Origin: Macrostomum lignano
Taxonomy: Eukaryota
Direction: 5' to 3'
NCBI GenBank assembly: GCA_002269645.1
Contig: NIVC01003580.1
Coordinates: 25,983-89,982 of the forward strand
DNA length: 64,000 nucleotides
This document shows positions 1-12,649 of the stretch, one piece after another (positions within the stretch are counted from its first letter, which is position 1; each line of letters starts with the position of its first letter). Position numbers and translations under genes: made by a program. Below the pieces are notes generated by a model. That model was not told the origin of the DNA, ran no database searches, and saw only the letters and a program-made list of their open reading frames with translations.

Positions 1-280
1 AATGAGGATGGGAGAATCAGAGAGCACAATGAGGATGGGAGAATCACAGAGCACAGCGATGATGGGAGAATCAGAGAGCACAGTGATGATGTGAGAATCA
101 GAGAGCACAGTGATGATGGGAGAATCAGAGAGCACAATGAGGATGGGAGAATCAGAGAGCACAATGAGGATGGGAGAATCACAGAGCACAGCGATGATGG
201 GAGAATCAGAGAGCACAGTGATGATGGGAGAATCAGAGAGCACAGTGATGATGTGAGAATCAGAGAGAATCACAGAGCAC
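1..280. repeat. 27-bp minisatellite in MORC intron 3 (continues past window start)
   Basis: Tandem copies of AATGAGGATGGGAGAATCAGAGAGCAC and variants. It explains the RIREHSDDG repeat of the + ORF 91..723. Confidence 0.95.
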
Positions 281-292
281 ACCGTCACCAAC

Positions 293-708
293 CGGAAGTG
301 CTGGTTCCGCTCAAAGTCCTGTTTAATATGATTAGGCTGCAGATGGTCCACCTCGGCAACAAGAGCAACGCCCCGCGCCCTCCCCGGCTCTTTAATAAGC
401 TTTTCATAGGCCAGAATGAGGCGGTTGTGATGGTACAGAAGCGCACCGTAATCGCCGTGGCCATCAGGCAGGAAGCCGATGAGCATACGGCAGCGGTAGT
501 TGCCGCGCTGCTCCAAGCGGGCTTCCTCTGTGGCGCTCAGTTTAGGCGAGTAATACTCGAGAGTCTGACGGGTGAGCAGGCGCTGCAGTGGCTGCGATTG
601 AACTGGCTCGCCGTTGATGCGAATGCTCATGCGCGGCTGCAGGTACAGGATGGCCAGGTAGGCGCGGAGAGACCGCCTGGTGTGCGGCACCGGAGGCAGG
701 TTGTGCAT
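293..708 (-). CDS. MORC: MORC-family ATPase exon 3 (S5-fold region); gene continues beyond position 1
   Basis: After acceptor CCCAG it reads MHNLPPVPHTRRSLRAYLAILYLQPRM...GALLYHHNRLILAYEK...GVALVAEVDHLQPNHIKQDF, matching MORC S5 motifs (SLRAY..ILYL.PRM; YH.NRLI.AYEK; L.P.H.KQDF). Phase 0 joins exon 2. The donor is near 292 and approximate. Confidence 0.85.
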
Positions 709-959
709 CTGGGGAAGATTTGATGCGGTTGGGGAGATTAAGATGGGATTGAAGGATCTATTCGCCTCTGTAGGGAATTTTAGTTTCTTTTTAAAATCAA
801 TCACATACCTACTAGTAGATTGAAGCATTTCATTTTTAGTATTGGATTTGGGATCTAGGACTGCGACTGCATTCAGGATAATTACAGGAAATCAGAAAGC
901 TTATGATTTTTTTACATCTAGGGAGTTAGATCACCCGAATTAAGATGGGAATCTTCTGT

Positions 960-1290
960 TTGGGATCGGTGGATTGGGATCTGGGGTTTAGGATCGGTGG
1001 ATTGGGATCTGGGGTTTAGGATCGGTGGATTGGAATCTGGGGTTTAGGATCGGTGGATTGGAATCTGCAGTTTGGGATCGGTGGACTGGGATCTGCAGTT
1101 TGGGATCGGTGAATTAGTATCTGCAGTTTGGGATCGGTAGATTGGGATCTGCAGTTTGGGATCGGTAGATTGGGATCTGCAGTTTGAGATCGGTGGATTG
1201 GGATCTTCAGTTTGTGATCGGTAGATTGGGATCTGCAGTTTGGGATCTTCGGATTGGGATCTTAGGTCTAGGATCGGTGGATTGGGATCT
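960..1290. repeat. ~28-bp minisatellite in MORC intron 2
   Basis: Tandem GGGATCGGTGGATTGGGATCTGCAGTTT variants. Confidence 0.9.
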
Positions 1291-1402
1291 GCAGTTTTTG
1301 ATCGTGCTCTTTTTAACCTCGGGGGGGGGTCATTTGATAAAGCTAATTAATTCCCACAGACTCCGTCACGGAGATGGGGACTCAGGCCAGTCTAGCGCTA
1401 AC

Positions 1403-1812
1403 CTGCAGCCGCTGCGCTGGGTTCAGAGCCGCGGCGGAGACGGTCTCCGAGCAGATAATATCGCTGCGGTCAGTCTCGAAGTCGAGCTCCAAGCCAGCCT
1501 CTGGATCCTCGCTGCATCGCTTCAGATTGTAAATGAGGATTCTAGTCCCGGTAACTGGGATAACGTCGAACTCTTGCAATAGCCGGTCCAGATTGCCGTT
1601 AAACAGCGGGCAGTGCTCCATCATCAGGGCCAGAGACTGGTCGCTGTCGGCGTTGTTGACATCAAGCGATTCGTCCAACCAAGAGGCGATTGGCAGCACA
1701 ACCGTGTCAGCACCGACTGCGGCCAGGAATGTCTGCGACAGCATGCCAACCGACTTCAGCATGCGCGCACCGTCAGCTGACCAACGCTTGGTAAATACCA
1801 GGGCGTCTTTGC
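1403..1812 (-). CDS. MORC: MORC-family ATPase exon 2
   Basis: CCAG|GC gives (G)KDALVFTKRWSADGARMLKSVGMLSQTFL...GTRILIYNLKR...ELDFETDRSDII, typical MORC (GKDA.VFTK; SVG.LSQT.L; GT.I.IYNL). Donor CAG|GTTAGC. Phases are consistent with the neighbouring exons. Confidence 0.88.
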
Positions 1813-1880
1813 CTGGTTTATCATGCGGGGTGCAATCGTTGGAGTTTTCAATGGAGTTTTGAAACGTTCAAACGATACCC

Positions 1881-2495
1881 CATTTGGTACTTCAGGGGTG
1901 TTGCTAACCTCATTTGGTACTTCAGGGGTGTTGCTAACCTCATTTGGTACTTCAGGGGTGTTTCTAACCTTATTTGGTACTTCAGGGGTGTTGCTAACCT
2001 CATTTGGTACTTCAGAGGTGTTTCTAACCTTATTTGGTACTTCAGGGGTGTTGCTAACCTCATTTGGTACTTCAGGGGTGTTGCTAACCTCATTCTGTAC
2101 TTCAGGGGTGCTGCTAACCTTATTTGGTACTTCAGGGGTGCTGCTAACCTCATTTGGTACTTCAGGGGTGTTGCTAACCTCATTTGGTACTTCAGGGGTG
2201 TTGCTAACCTCATTTGATACTTCAGGGGTGCTGCTAACCTCATTCTGTACTTCAGGGGTGCTGCTAACCTCATTCTGTACTTCAGGGGTGTTTCTAACCT
2301 CATTTGGTACTTCAGGGGTGTTGCTAACCTCATTTGGTACTTCAGGGGTGCTGCTAACCTCATTCTGTACTTCAGGGGTGCTGCTAACCTCATTCTGTAC
2401 TTCAGGGGTGCTGCTAACCTCATTCTGTACTTCAGGGGTGCTGCTAACCTCATTCTGTACTTCAGGGGTGCTGCTAACCTTATTTGGTACTTCAG
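1881..2495. repeat. 30-bp minisatellite filling MORC intron 1
   Basis: About 20 tandem copies of CATTTGGTACTTCAGGGGTGTTGCTAACCT. Confidence 0.95.
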
Positions 2496-2605
2496 GACGT
2501 TGCTAGCCAAAACCAAAGCTTCAGGAACTTTCGCAATCCTCAATTTTAGGGGAGTGCTATTCCTCATAACTAAACCATTCTCATATAAATGCAGTTTGAA
2601 CTCAC

Positions 2606-2957
2606 CAATGCGCATAGAACCGGACTTGAAACCATTGCCATAGTGACCAATAGGTTTGTGGCCTCGCTGACCAACTTTGAAACAATATCCAAAGCTAAGC
2701 ATATTATGCAGCTGCTCCGTGGTCATGCCAAGGCCATCGTCTGTGACTGACAGAACGTCCATCCCGTTAGACACGTAGTGCCCAATGTTCAAGTTGTCAG
2801 CTTGGCAGTCCGGATCGTAGGCGTTGTCAACCAACTCGGCTATGGCCGAAAATACCCACGAGTGCGAGGTGGAGTTCGTCATTAAATAGGCCGGACTAGT
2901 GCGGGCCGAGCGAAGGCCCTGCACTGAACCTGGCTGGTTATTATTGTTGTCTGCCAT
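2606..2957 (-). CDS. MORC: MORC-family GHKL ATPase exon 1 (ATP-binding motifs)
   Basis: TNSTSHSWVFSAIAELVDNAYD (GHKL motif I), DDGLGM (motif II), GHYGNGFKSGSMRIG (motif III). Donor ATTG|GTGAGT, phase 1. Closest in style to MORC3/4-type proteins; paralog not assigned. Confidence 0.92.
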
Positions 2958-5900
2958 GCTCCGGCGCTTGTTGTTAGTAATTTAAGTTTGCTGCTCGGTG
3001 CTGTCAATAAGTTTTTTTTGGGAGGGGGGGTTAGTATTTGTGGAGTGCTTTCACATCATAAGCTCGAAATTTCGTAACGTTAAAAACAGTAAAGCAAATT
3101 ATTTCAAAGGTTTTTAAAATTTCGACCTTAAAGAATGGTGCTTTTGACGTAAAATTTTGAGTTGGTGAATGTGAACCCCCCTCCATTATCTGAGACGCGT
3201 CGCTAGCTAGTCTAGAAGCTAAAAGCAGTCATGTGACATGGTGACACAGCTTGGTTCAATAAATACAAATAAGACTACTAAGACTGAGTGTCGCCAAGTA
3301 GAAAGGACAGGATGATTCCAAAATTTCCCTCAGTTAATAACGTCAGGAATAATGATTGAAGCTCTTGCTTGTGTTGCGGATGTTATTGTATAACGATAGA
3401 TCAATGGTAAATAGCAATAGCATAAATAACTTTATTCTTATATGAAACACACAAATCATAGAACATAGCCTCGTGATTAGATTAGCAACATATTATATCA
3501 ATATGACTTAATTGCATGATTAGTCATCTAACTAAACACTAACTGAACATTAAATAATATGACGTGTACGATTTAAAAAATGTACCGTAAAATGCGGTAA
3601 TTTAGTGTTAGGGTGGAAGATGGTAGTCAAACTTTACTTAAAATCTTGGAATTTAAACTACAGGGGGTGTAGGTGTACCTTGTACGGAAGGATTGACCTT
3701 CAGTGTGATAATACTGTTCAAATCAATTAAATCAGATAAAACAAATTATTACAATGCTTAAATGTGTTCTTACGTGGTAGACAGATAAGATAGTAAGCAG
3801 ACACGAACTCTGATATTCTGGTAATACGCTCGTATAATAGGAAAAACCTGTCGAAAATGATGAGATTCAATTGGTCTTGAACTCGTTTTCGTCGAACAGT
3901 TCAATTCAGAAATTAAAAAGGAACATCATCAGGACGGGTTAGAAAGAGTTAAATCTCTAGCCTAGCCTTCTCTCCTTTACTCTTCAGTCTTTATTAACTG
4001 TGTGGGGAGGGGACTGACTGTACAGCTTATTTAACACGCAAGCGCTGGCGTGGCCTAAGCAAAAGCTAAATAAAGCCTAGCGCATATTCTTAACCAATCG
4101 CTGTTCTCCAGTCAGGACCATTTAGCTTCAAGGTCACTTGAGAGGATCGATTAGCAAAACAGAGAGATAAGAGAATAGCGAATAGGGTGGAAGTGAGAGT
4201 TAAAGGCCAATGAGTCATACAATGCTTGCGACACCTCCCTCCAAGTCCAGAGCCCCCCATCGAGGACAATTTTATACTCGTAGCTCGAAGAGTGGCCCTT
4301 GTCCGACAGGCAGCGTAGATACACTATATATAGACCACGCAGTAAGGCAGTCAGTGCCTTGATAGCTGCGAACCACGCCAAAGGCCAGAGCTAATCGCCG
4401 TCTGCTGCGAATTGTAAGGCAAACTCCCACTCTCCCAGCCAGCCAGCCACCCTACCCTAGCTTCCCCAGACATGAAGCCGATCGAGCATGTCTGTCTGGG
4501 ACTTCCTCACTCCTCAATCCAGCGGGGATGCCGCGTAGTCGAGGCGCTGGCTCGTGCACGGGGATCCCACACCCACACTCGGTAATGAAGTATTACTATT
4601 CCCTTTGTCTAGCTAAAATATGCACATTGCACACTTCGAAATAGCAAAAAATTAAATAAACTGTTGCGATTTGTTGTGAGTGGCTGGCACCGCATCTTCA
4701 GTTCGCGGCGTAGTTGCGTCGTGTAACTCGTGAGTTGCATAATTTGAATGAGAAGTCGATGGCATTTTTGACAGTTGAGAATGAGAGTAAAAAATCTAAA
4801 TATACTAAATCTCTAAGGTTTGTATGTTTGTCCATAACGCTCTAGAGAGAGCAATTCTTCACCGATTTTCATCGCGTTTTCGCTAAAATATCATTCTATT
4901 TTTGGCTGACTTGTTGGCCCCATTGTTGAAAAAGTATTTCTAAGGCGAATCGGCTTATAAAATTACCACTTAAATGTTTAGTTACAGTAATAAAATAGTA
5001 TGTTCGTATATGTAGCTCGTACTTCGTAAAATAAATTACGAAAATCTCTAAAAGCAAGACCTTAACCTCCCAGGTCCATGGCAGACAAGCCGACACTGAG
5101 TTCTTGAGATCTTGATTCTCTAAAAGTGTCTCTTGTTTACCATTGATTAAAAAAATCAGAGAAGTCAACAACAAGCGCTTTTGCAAAAATGTAATGTCGG
5201 GCATTACAAAGGATCAAAACTTGTTTTTAGCTTACTTATTATTATTCATGCAGCAAGAGAATTGCGCTCAAAACACAAACATTAGTCGGATCGGAACCGA
5301 GCCGTGTTATCAGAAAAGTGACGACAATTTACCGCATGGCAGGGCGGGGGCCAATGAGAGCCAAGACGAGTCACTCTTAAGAAAAGGAAGAGTAGGCAAA
5401 AAACCAAACGAAAAAGTTTGACGCAAAATTCTCAAACAGACGACAACGCAGTCAGAAAACGCAGCCTCGGGAGCTTGCTGGACAGGACAAAATGGAGAGC
5501 ACATGTGAGTGTGTAGGCTTATCAGCAAAGCACAAGGATTAACCACGCAAACAATGACGGAATTTGAAAACTATAGCGAGATGTAGATCAATCAAAGACT
5601 GAAAACGAGGTGGAACAAAAGACAAACAAAGACACAAGCGGCTATACTATACAGGCACACTGTTACACTCGAGAAGCAACTCTGGCAGAGACATAGATAC
5701 AGAAGTTGAGAATTAAATTGTGAAAGACACGCGCAGGAGCAGACCAGTGCTACACGAATTCAGGCAGCAAAAAGAAAAGATAAAGATTTATCCCCCTCCC
5801 CAAATCCCAAGAAGCCGTGAGGAATCAGGACTTAGAAGCTCGTGGAACTTCAATGCACACACTTAGCGGACACGATGGAAGAAGCGGCTAGTCGATTTGA

Positions 5901-6838
5901 ATTTTTATTTAAAAAAAGACAACAGAGCAACAGAATAATAAAGCAACAGAAATGAGCTCGAGAACTGACTCTGAAAGGAAGGCAACTCAGGCAGCAGCAC
6001 AATGCATACGTTTAGTATCATACACAGGCAGGTGTGAAAGCAAAACAATTTAGATTAAGGAGATCAACAAGATTAGACAGACAGAAGCAAATATATAAAT
6101 CAGTGAGCGAATTGGAAGGTGTGAACGAGCGAATGCAAGATAGGTAGAGAGAGAGATGGCTAGGCGGTGGATCACGAGAGCTGCAAATCCACAGAAACGA
6201 TCGGATAACTTTTTAGACAGACAGACAGACAGACACAAAGAGGAACGGAACATGAGCACTCTCCCTGAAAAAGCAGCTAGTTGCAATCAAGTACAAAATA
6301 GGAGTTTCATTCACACCGTTGAGGATAGTTAATAAAGTTATTTTTTGCCGAGCTTGTTTACTTAAAATCAGTAGCAGCAATCAGCCGATGACGGTGTTTG
6401 CGTATTTTAACAAAGATTACAATAGAGAGAGACAAAACTGAATTCTAGCGAGCCATTAACTACTTTCGCAAAGATTTGCTTTTTTATATAAATTACGGGA
6501 AGCGGCTACATGTGGTACTAATAGTATTATAATAATAGTTTATACGCAAACTTAACCGATGACGATAAAATAAACCCTGCGTTTACGAGTAGTTCAGACA
6601 ATAAGTTAAGCGGGACAAACAATAAATTAGTTTGGTTAGCAAGTTGGATATTAAAAAAAAACCAAAGAGGAATTTTTTAAAAAAATGTAGGATAATTAAT
6701 CATATTTTAGCTTCTGAATTTCTGAACTTTGGATAAAAAATGTAATTCCCTTCCTATTTATTAAATTATTTTGCCGATTAACCAGGCATAAAGCCTTCCT
6801 ACCTATCGCTAGTAAAATTAACAGTTGAGACAGAAGAC

Positions 6839-7378
6839 TCAGAAGCTAAACTTTGGAGCCTCCTGGCTATTGCCCGGATTAAAGGCCAACTGCTGCTGCG
6901 GCTCCCCGGTTGAGTCGGCCGGACCGGACACGGCTGGCGCCGTCACAACCGCCGCGCCCGGAGCGGCCGAAGCCTCTTCGGCGTCCACATCGTCGGTAAA
7001 GTACTTTTCAATAATGCCAAAGGACAGGCGATAGATCTCCTCGTTATCGTGCTCCTGCAGCTGCTCGATCTTATCTAAGCCGCCGCACTCTTCGATCATT
7101 TCGCAGACAATTCCAACTGCGCTATCGGCAGCTTTGAGAATGTTGGACAGGCCGTCCAGCACCACCTGCACTACTTGAGTGTCCTTCACTGTCAGCATGT
7201 TGCACAGGGGCGATATCACGCCGGCCTGCACTACGCAGCCGATCTGTTGCGGGTTGCCAGATATTGTCAGATTGGAAACCGCCCAGGCTGCCTCCTTCTG
7301 GGTCTGGAAGTCGCCCTTGTCCAGGTGGTGCACAATCAGCGGTATTAGGCCGTGATCGATTACGGCCTGCACCTGAGC
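6839..7378 (-). CDS. KPNA4: Importin alpha-3 clade (KPNA3/4-like) exon 3, last ARM repeats and C-terminus
   Basis: CACCAG|GCT gives [41 protein letters not shown]...[33 protein letters not shown], stop at 6839. Confidence 0.92.
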   Translation of the reverse strand, partial: AQVQAVIDHGLIPLIVHHLDKGDFQTQKEAAWAVSNLTISGNPQQIGCVVQAGVISPLCNMLTVKDTQVVQVVLDGLSNILKAADSAVGIVCEMIEECGGLDKIEQLQEHDNEEIYRLSFGIIEKYFTDDVDAEEASAAPGAAVVTAPAVSGPADSTGEPQQQLAFNPGNSQEAPKFSF

Positions 7379-7499
7379 CTGGTGATAGATTACGAGTTTA
7401 CAATATATATTGAAAGATCTCAATAAAAGAGGGCACTTAAATGCAAACAAGATATTGTAAGTAATGTATTAGAGGTAACTAGAGGGCCAGTACGTTTTC

Positions 7500-7960
7500 A
7501 GGTGAGACCAGGATGTCAGGAAAGACCGTAGGATGTCAGGAAAGATAGTATAGCATATCAGGGAAGACCGTAGGGTGTCAGAAGTGACAGTAGGGTGTCA
7601 GAAAAGACAGTATAGTGTCAGAAGAGACAGTAGGGTGTCAGAAGAGACAGTATTGTGTCAGAAGTGACAGTAGGGTGTCAGAAGAGACCGTAGGGTGTCA
7701 GAAGAGACAGTAGGGTGTCAGAAAAGACAGTATAGTGTCAGAAGAGACAGTAGGGTGTCAGAAGAGACAGTAGGGTGTCAGAAGAGACAGTATTGTGTCA
7801 GAAGAGACAGTATTGTGTTGTCAGAAGAGACAGTAGGGTGTCAGAAGAGACAGTAGGGTGTCAGAAGAGACAGTATGGTGTCAGAAGAGACAGTATTGTG
7901 TTGTCAGAAGAGACAGTAGGGTGTCAGAAGAGACAGTGTGGTGTCAGAAGAGAAGACAGT
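7500..7960. repeat. 20-bp minisatellite in importin-alpha intron 2
   Basis: Tandem GTGTCAGAAGAGACAGTAGG variants. Confidence 0.92.
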
Positions 7961-8083
7961 AATATCAGAGGATAAAAAAGGTTGTCGAAGCAGAAAATAG
8001 AGAGGATACAACAGGGTGTCAGGGGAAGACACTGGAGGATATCAGCGGGTTGTCAGGGATAAAGCACCCGTTTCTGTTCTTAC

Positions 8084-9073
8084 CTGATTTCCGGCGGTGA
8101 TGTTGGACAGGAACCACACAGCTTCCTTGTTGATTTTCTCTTTGCTGTGGGTGAGCAGCGCCGGGAAGAAGCTGAGCGCGCTGTGGTTGATAACAGTCTG
8201 TGTCTGCTCGTCAGTTCCCGTGACAATATTGCCAACAGCTCGCAGAGCCGCCGTCTGCACTTTAACGTCGGCGTGAGCCAGCAGCGGCACCAGGAACGGC
8301 ACAATACCCTGATCGATGACCATCTGGATCTGTTCGTTGCCACCGTCGGTTAGGTAGGACAGAGCCCAGACAGTGTCAACCAGGATATTAGTGTCAGGAT
8401 GCTGAATAAGGAACAGCAGAGCCGGCAGCAGCTCCAGAATTGTGGCCATAGGCGGCGGCGGCTCCTTGTTGCGGCACAGATTGACAATCACCCAGGTGAC
8501 ATTGCGCAGAAATGTGACAGGAATTTCTGGCCCAATAAACCGGAGCAGAGGTTTAACAACGCCCAGCGAGATGACGTAATCGCGCAGGTGCGGCCCGTCG
8601 CCGATGATGTTGCCGAGAGCCCAGACAGCCTGTTCGCAGACGTTTTGATGCGGCGAGGATAGCAGGTGCAGAAAGTGCGGTATGGCCCCGGCCTTGACGA
8701 CAGCGTTAGTCTGCTGGCTGGTGCCCGAGGCGATGTTAGTGAGAGCCCAGGCCGCTTCGAACTGCAAGTTGGGATTATCCGAGCTCGACAGACATTCGAC
8801 CAGAATTGGCAGGATGCCAGAATTGATTAGATCATCAATTGGCGGATTTCTATCCGAGCTGAGCAGCTTCCTGGCGTTCTGAACCGCCTTCAGTCTGGTG
8901 GCCTGATCCGGGCTGCGGGCGTCCGCCACGATCACACCGAGGCTGCCAACAGCCGGCGGCTTGTCGTTATCGTCGGAGTCGGTCATGCCGGAGCCGGCCG
9001 ACTCGACCCCCGCGGCTGGCACGTTGCGCTTCTTCAACAGGTGCTCGTCGCGCTTGTTCTTGCGCAGCTCAAC
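8084..9073 (-). CDS. KPNA4: Importin alpha-3 clade exon 2 (end of IBB domain plus ARM repeats)
   Basis: [18 protein letters not shown]...[29 protein letters not shown]...[17 protein letters not shown]...[18 protein letters not shown]. The [12 protein letters not shown] signature is characteristic of KPNA3/4. 990 bp, phase 0/0, CTTCAG acceptor, GTAAGA donor. Confidence 0.95.
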
Positions 9074-9149
9074 CTGAAGGATAGGAGGGACACAGTGGAT
9101 GGAGATTGGGATTTTGGGATTCTGATCCCTTCCCTAAATACCATTGGTA

Positions 9150-10320
9150 CAACAGGATCTGGATCCCGAAATACCCCAGGCAGGATATGGATCCCGAAAT
9201 ACCCCAGACAGGATATGGATCCCGAAATACCCCAGACAGGATATGGATCCCGGAATACCCCAGACAGGATATGGATCTTGGAATACCCCAGACAGGATAT
9301 GGATCCCGGAATACCCCAGACAGAATATGAATCCCGAAATACCCCAGACAGGATATGGATCCCGAAATACCCCAAACAGGATATGGATACCGAAATACCC
9401 CAGACAGGATATGGATCCCGGAATACCCCAGACAGAATATGAATCCCAAAATACCCCAGGCAGGATATGGATCCCGAAATACCCCAGACAGGATATGAAT
9501 CCCGAAATACCCCAGACAGGATACGGATCCCGAAATACCCCAGACAGGATCTGGATCCCGGAATAGCCCAGACAGGATATGGATCCCGGAATACCCCAGA
9601 CAGGATATGAATCCCGAAATACCCCAGACATGATATGGATCCCGAAATACCCCAGACAGGATATGAATCCCGAAATACCCCAGACATGATATGGATCCCG
9701 AAATACCCCAGACAGGATATGGATCCCGGAATACCCCAGACAGGATATGGATCTTGGAATACCCCAGACAGGATATGGATCCCGGAATACCCCAGACAGA
9801 ATATGAATCCCGAAATACCCCAGACAGGATATGGATCCCGAAATACCCCAAACAGGATATGGATACCGAAATACCCCAGACAGGATATGGATCCCGGAAT
9901 ACCCCAGACAGAATATGAATCCCAAAATACCCCAGGCAGGATATGGATCCCGAAATACCCCAGACAGGATATGAATCCCGAAATACCCCAGACAGGATAC
10001 GGATCCCGAAATACCCCAGACAGGATCTGGATCCCGGAATAGCCCAGACAGGATATGGATCCCGGAATACCCCAGACAGGATATGAATCCCGAAATACCC
10101 CAGACATGATATGGATCCCGAAATACCCCAGACAGGATATGAATCCCGAAATACCCCAGACATGATATGGATCCCGAAATACCCTAGACAGGATCTGGAT
10201 CTCGAAATACCCCAGAAAGGATATGGATCCTGAAATACCCCAGACAGTATATGGATCCCAAAATACCCCAGACAGGATATGGAGCCCGAAATACCCCAGA
10301 CAGGATATGGATCCCGAAAT
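9150..10320. repeat. 28-bp minisatellite filling importin-alpha intron 1
   Basis: About 40 copies of GGATATGGATCCCGAAATACCCCAGACA. It explains all repetitive ORFs in 9034..10563. Confidence 0.95.
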
Positions 10321-10431
10321 AACCCAGAGAAACGAGACATGAAGGAATAGCCAAATACATAATCTAAAACTAGTAGATTTAGATACAAATAACATTAATC
10401 TGCAAATATTGAACCAGCGATTCCAACAAAC

Positions 10432-10563
10432 CTGATTGTCTTGACGCCTGCGCCTCATTTCGTCAGCATCTTTGCCAGCATTTTTAAACAGAAGCTGGTG
10501 CCCACTGGCTGGGGCATTGTTTGCTCCAGAACTATTAGTGTTTGTACCTGGGAGATCTGCCAT
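10432..10563 (-). CDS. KPNA4: Importin alpha-3 clade exon 1 (start of IBB domain); full protein 553 aa
   Basis: MADLPG...FKNAGKDADEMRRRRQDNQ|, donor CAG|GTTTGT, phase 0 joining VELRKNKR. Confidence 0.9.
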
Positions 10564-10989
10564 GTTTTTGTAATTGAATGCTCTCTAAATATATATGCGT
10601 TCTGGTTTCAAATTAAGATGGATTCTGGTCATGCAGTAAAGGAAAAAAATGGAAATGCTAGATATAAAATATAATGGTTATGAGTATTTATAACATCTTG
10701 TTTTCTAATGTAAAATTTTCATAAAATACAATATTATATTACATCTAAAAAATTTAGAAGAGTGTTAATACTATAGCCATTGCCTTTATATATGTCTATA
10801 TAAAAAATGTCAAAGTCAAAGTGTATAGTTTATAAGATAGTATTTTTAACAATTGGTAGGTCTATATAGCTATAGTTTAGTTCATAATAAGTAACTTACA
10901 AAGTGAAAATCATACTTAAAAGCCTTAGTAAGCCTTAGTCCAAAGGTATATTAAAGCAAAGATAAGATATATTTTTCATATATATATTA

Positions 10990-11877
10990 CGAGGGGTGTC
11001 CAAAAAGTAGTGATACTTTTAACCGTAGCTCTCGTTCTATAGCTTTCTGTGATTTAAAATTTTATGAACTGATAGCGGCAAATCTCTTCTACAGACTGCT
11101 TTTTGAATTTTTAAAATTGATACCAGAGAACAAAAGTTATACCCACGAAAGTAACAGTACCTGTACCATAGAGTTACACAAATTATAGGCTGAGCTTCAC
11201 GAGATCCATGCTGAGTAAGCTTCGATGAATTGTTGATTTTGGCTTGTTCAACCTGTCAGCAATCTCTCTAATGGTCATTCGGGAGTCCTCGTCAAGAAGA
11301 TTCAGAATGGAGTCCGCCAGTACATCAGGTCGATGAACGTATGGCCGCCCCATCCGATGCTGATCTGCCAAGTCAGTCCTTCCCTTGCTGAACTGCTCCA
11401 TCCATCGATAAACTGTCATTTTGCTGACTGCAGAGGATCCGTGCGCAGAGCAAAGTTTTGCGTAAATTTCTGAGGCTCTATGGCCAGTGCCCCAAAGAGT
11501 GAAGATGGTACTTTGCTGAGCAACAACTGAGTGCACATTTATGTGTGTTGTCAAGTATGGGCAATGAAATCATGAACGAATTGCAAAATGCAAGCTTGGG
11601 GTTTGGTATTGCTTAAACAAGACATTTATCGATGCCTTCTTAATGAATGAGTGCAGAAGTCGACTATTATAAATTTCGATATAATTTGTGTAACTCTATG
11701 GTACAGGTACTGTTACTTTCGTGGGTATAACTTTTGTTCTCTGGTATCAATTTTAAAAATTCAAAAAGCAGTCTGTAGAAGAGATTTGCCACTATCAGTT
11801 CATAAAATTTTAAATCACAGGAAGCTACAGAACGAGAGCTAGGGTTAAAAGTATCACTACTTTTTGGACACCCCTTG
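10990..11877 (-). mobile_element. Internally deleted mariner-type DNA transposon, 888 bp, 198-bp terminal inverted repeats, TA target duplication
   Basis: TA|CGAGGGGTGTCCAAAAAGTAG... at 10988 and ...CTACTTTTTGGACACCCCTTG|TA at 11879. Arms 10990-11187 and 11680-11877 differ at about 5 positions by eye. Confidence 0.92.
11183..11554 (-). pseudogene. Mariner transposase N-terminal (paired HTH DNA-binding) fragment, catalytic domain missing
   Basis: GHRASEIYAKLCSAHGSSAVSKMTVYRWMEQFSKGRTDLADQHRMGRP...DSRMTIREIADRL..STIHR, the typical mariner HTH-GRP-HTH. Stop codon falls inside the left TIR. No DD34D region. Confidence 0.85.
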
Positions 11878-12649
11878 TAGATAACTTACCATAGTTTTCA
11901 TAATGTGAATGTTTATCTATTGCTCTTTTTGAGTTTTGTGCCTTTATAGGATTTCCTGATTTTTATTGCAAATTAATTTTTTTTAAAACCATAACTTTTT
12001 ACAACAAATATTATGACAATTGTTCTTTTAGTAATGTTAAAGAAAAAATCAAAAATACATAAAATTCAAAATAAGATTTTTATTTTATATAATCTTTTTT
12101 TCAACATTATGACTGACTGATACATTTTGCAGAACCTATAATTTGTTATATGGACTTCTTCAAGTTTATGTTGATAAAATACTTTTGGTTTTTCTGAAAT
12201 TTTTACCAGACATTTGGGGGATGCCCAAAATGATAAAAAAAGCAAAAAAATCACCAAAAAACTACATTCTGTGGTGATGCAATATCAACTGACTATGGTG
12301 TCAATGAGAATTTGAGAAAAAATGTTTCAATGAAATTTGTATTTAAAAATAAACATTTTTTGAAACAAAAAATAAGTTAACTTGTTTTGTGAATATAAAA
12401 TTAAGAAATCACAAGTAATATTAACCATTTTGTCAATTATGATGTATAGTGAATACAAATGACTTTATCAAATTTGATATTGAGTTTTGTTATAATGTTA
12501 AATAATTGCCTCATCACAGTTTCCTCTTTTTTAAATTTGCCATATCTGATGATGTGCGACACTTGTTTTCCACATTCTGATTTGCCATTGTGGTTGACAT
12601 TAATATCTCTTGCCAAATGATTTAGTGATATAAGTAATTAATCATATTA

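Noticed and set aside
1848-2957. 369-aa single-exon ORF with an RLAAPLKY repeat tail
   Set aside because: Read-through of MORC exon 1 into the intron-1 minisatellite. MORC homology resumes at 1812 after a proper GT-AG intron.
4790-4900. Helitron-like 5' end (A|TCTAAATATACT...GTTTGTATGTTTGTCC)
   Set aside because: No matching 3' hairpin plus CTAG|T terminus found, so resemblance only.
9150-10320. Regular 20-30-bp repeats (here and at 1881, 7500, 50780, 58150, 61670) as CRISPR arrays
   Set aside because: Units are head-to-tail with no unique spacers, lie in spliceosomal introns, and no cas genes are present.
9034-10563. 509-aa and other long repetitive ORFs on both strands
   Set aside because: Stop-free frames of the 28-bp intronic minisatellite; only the first 44 codons are importin alpha.
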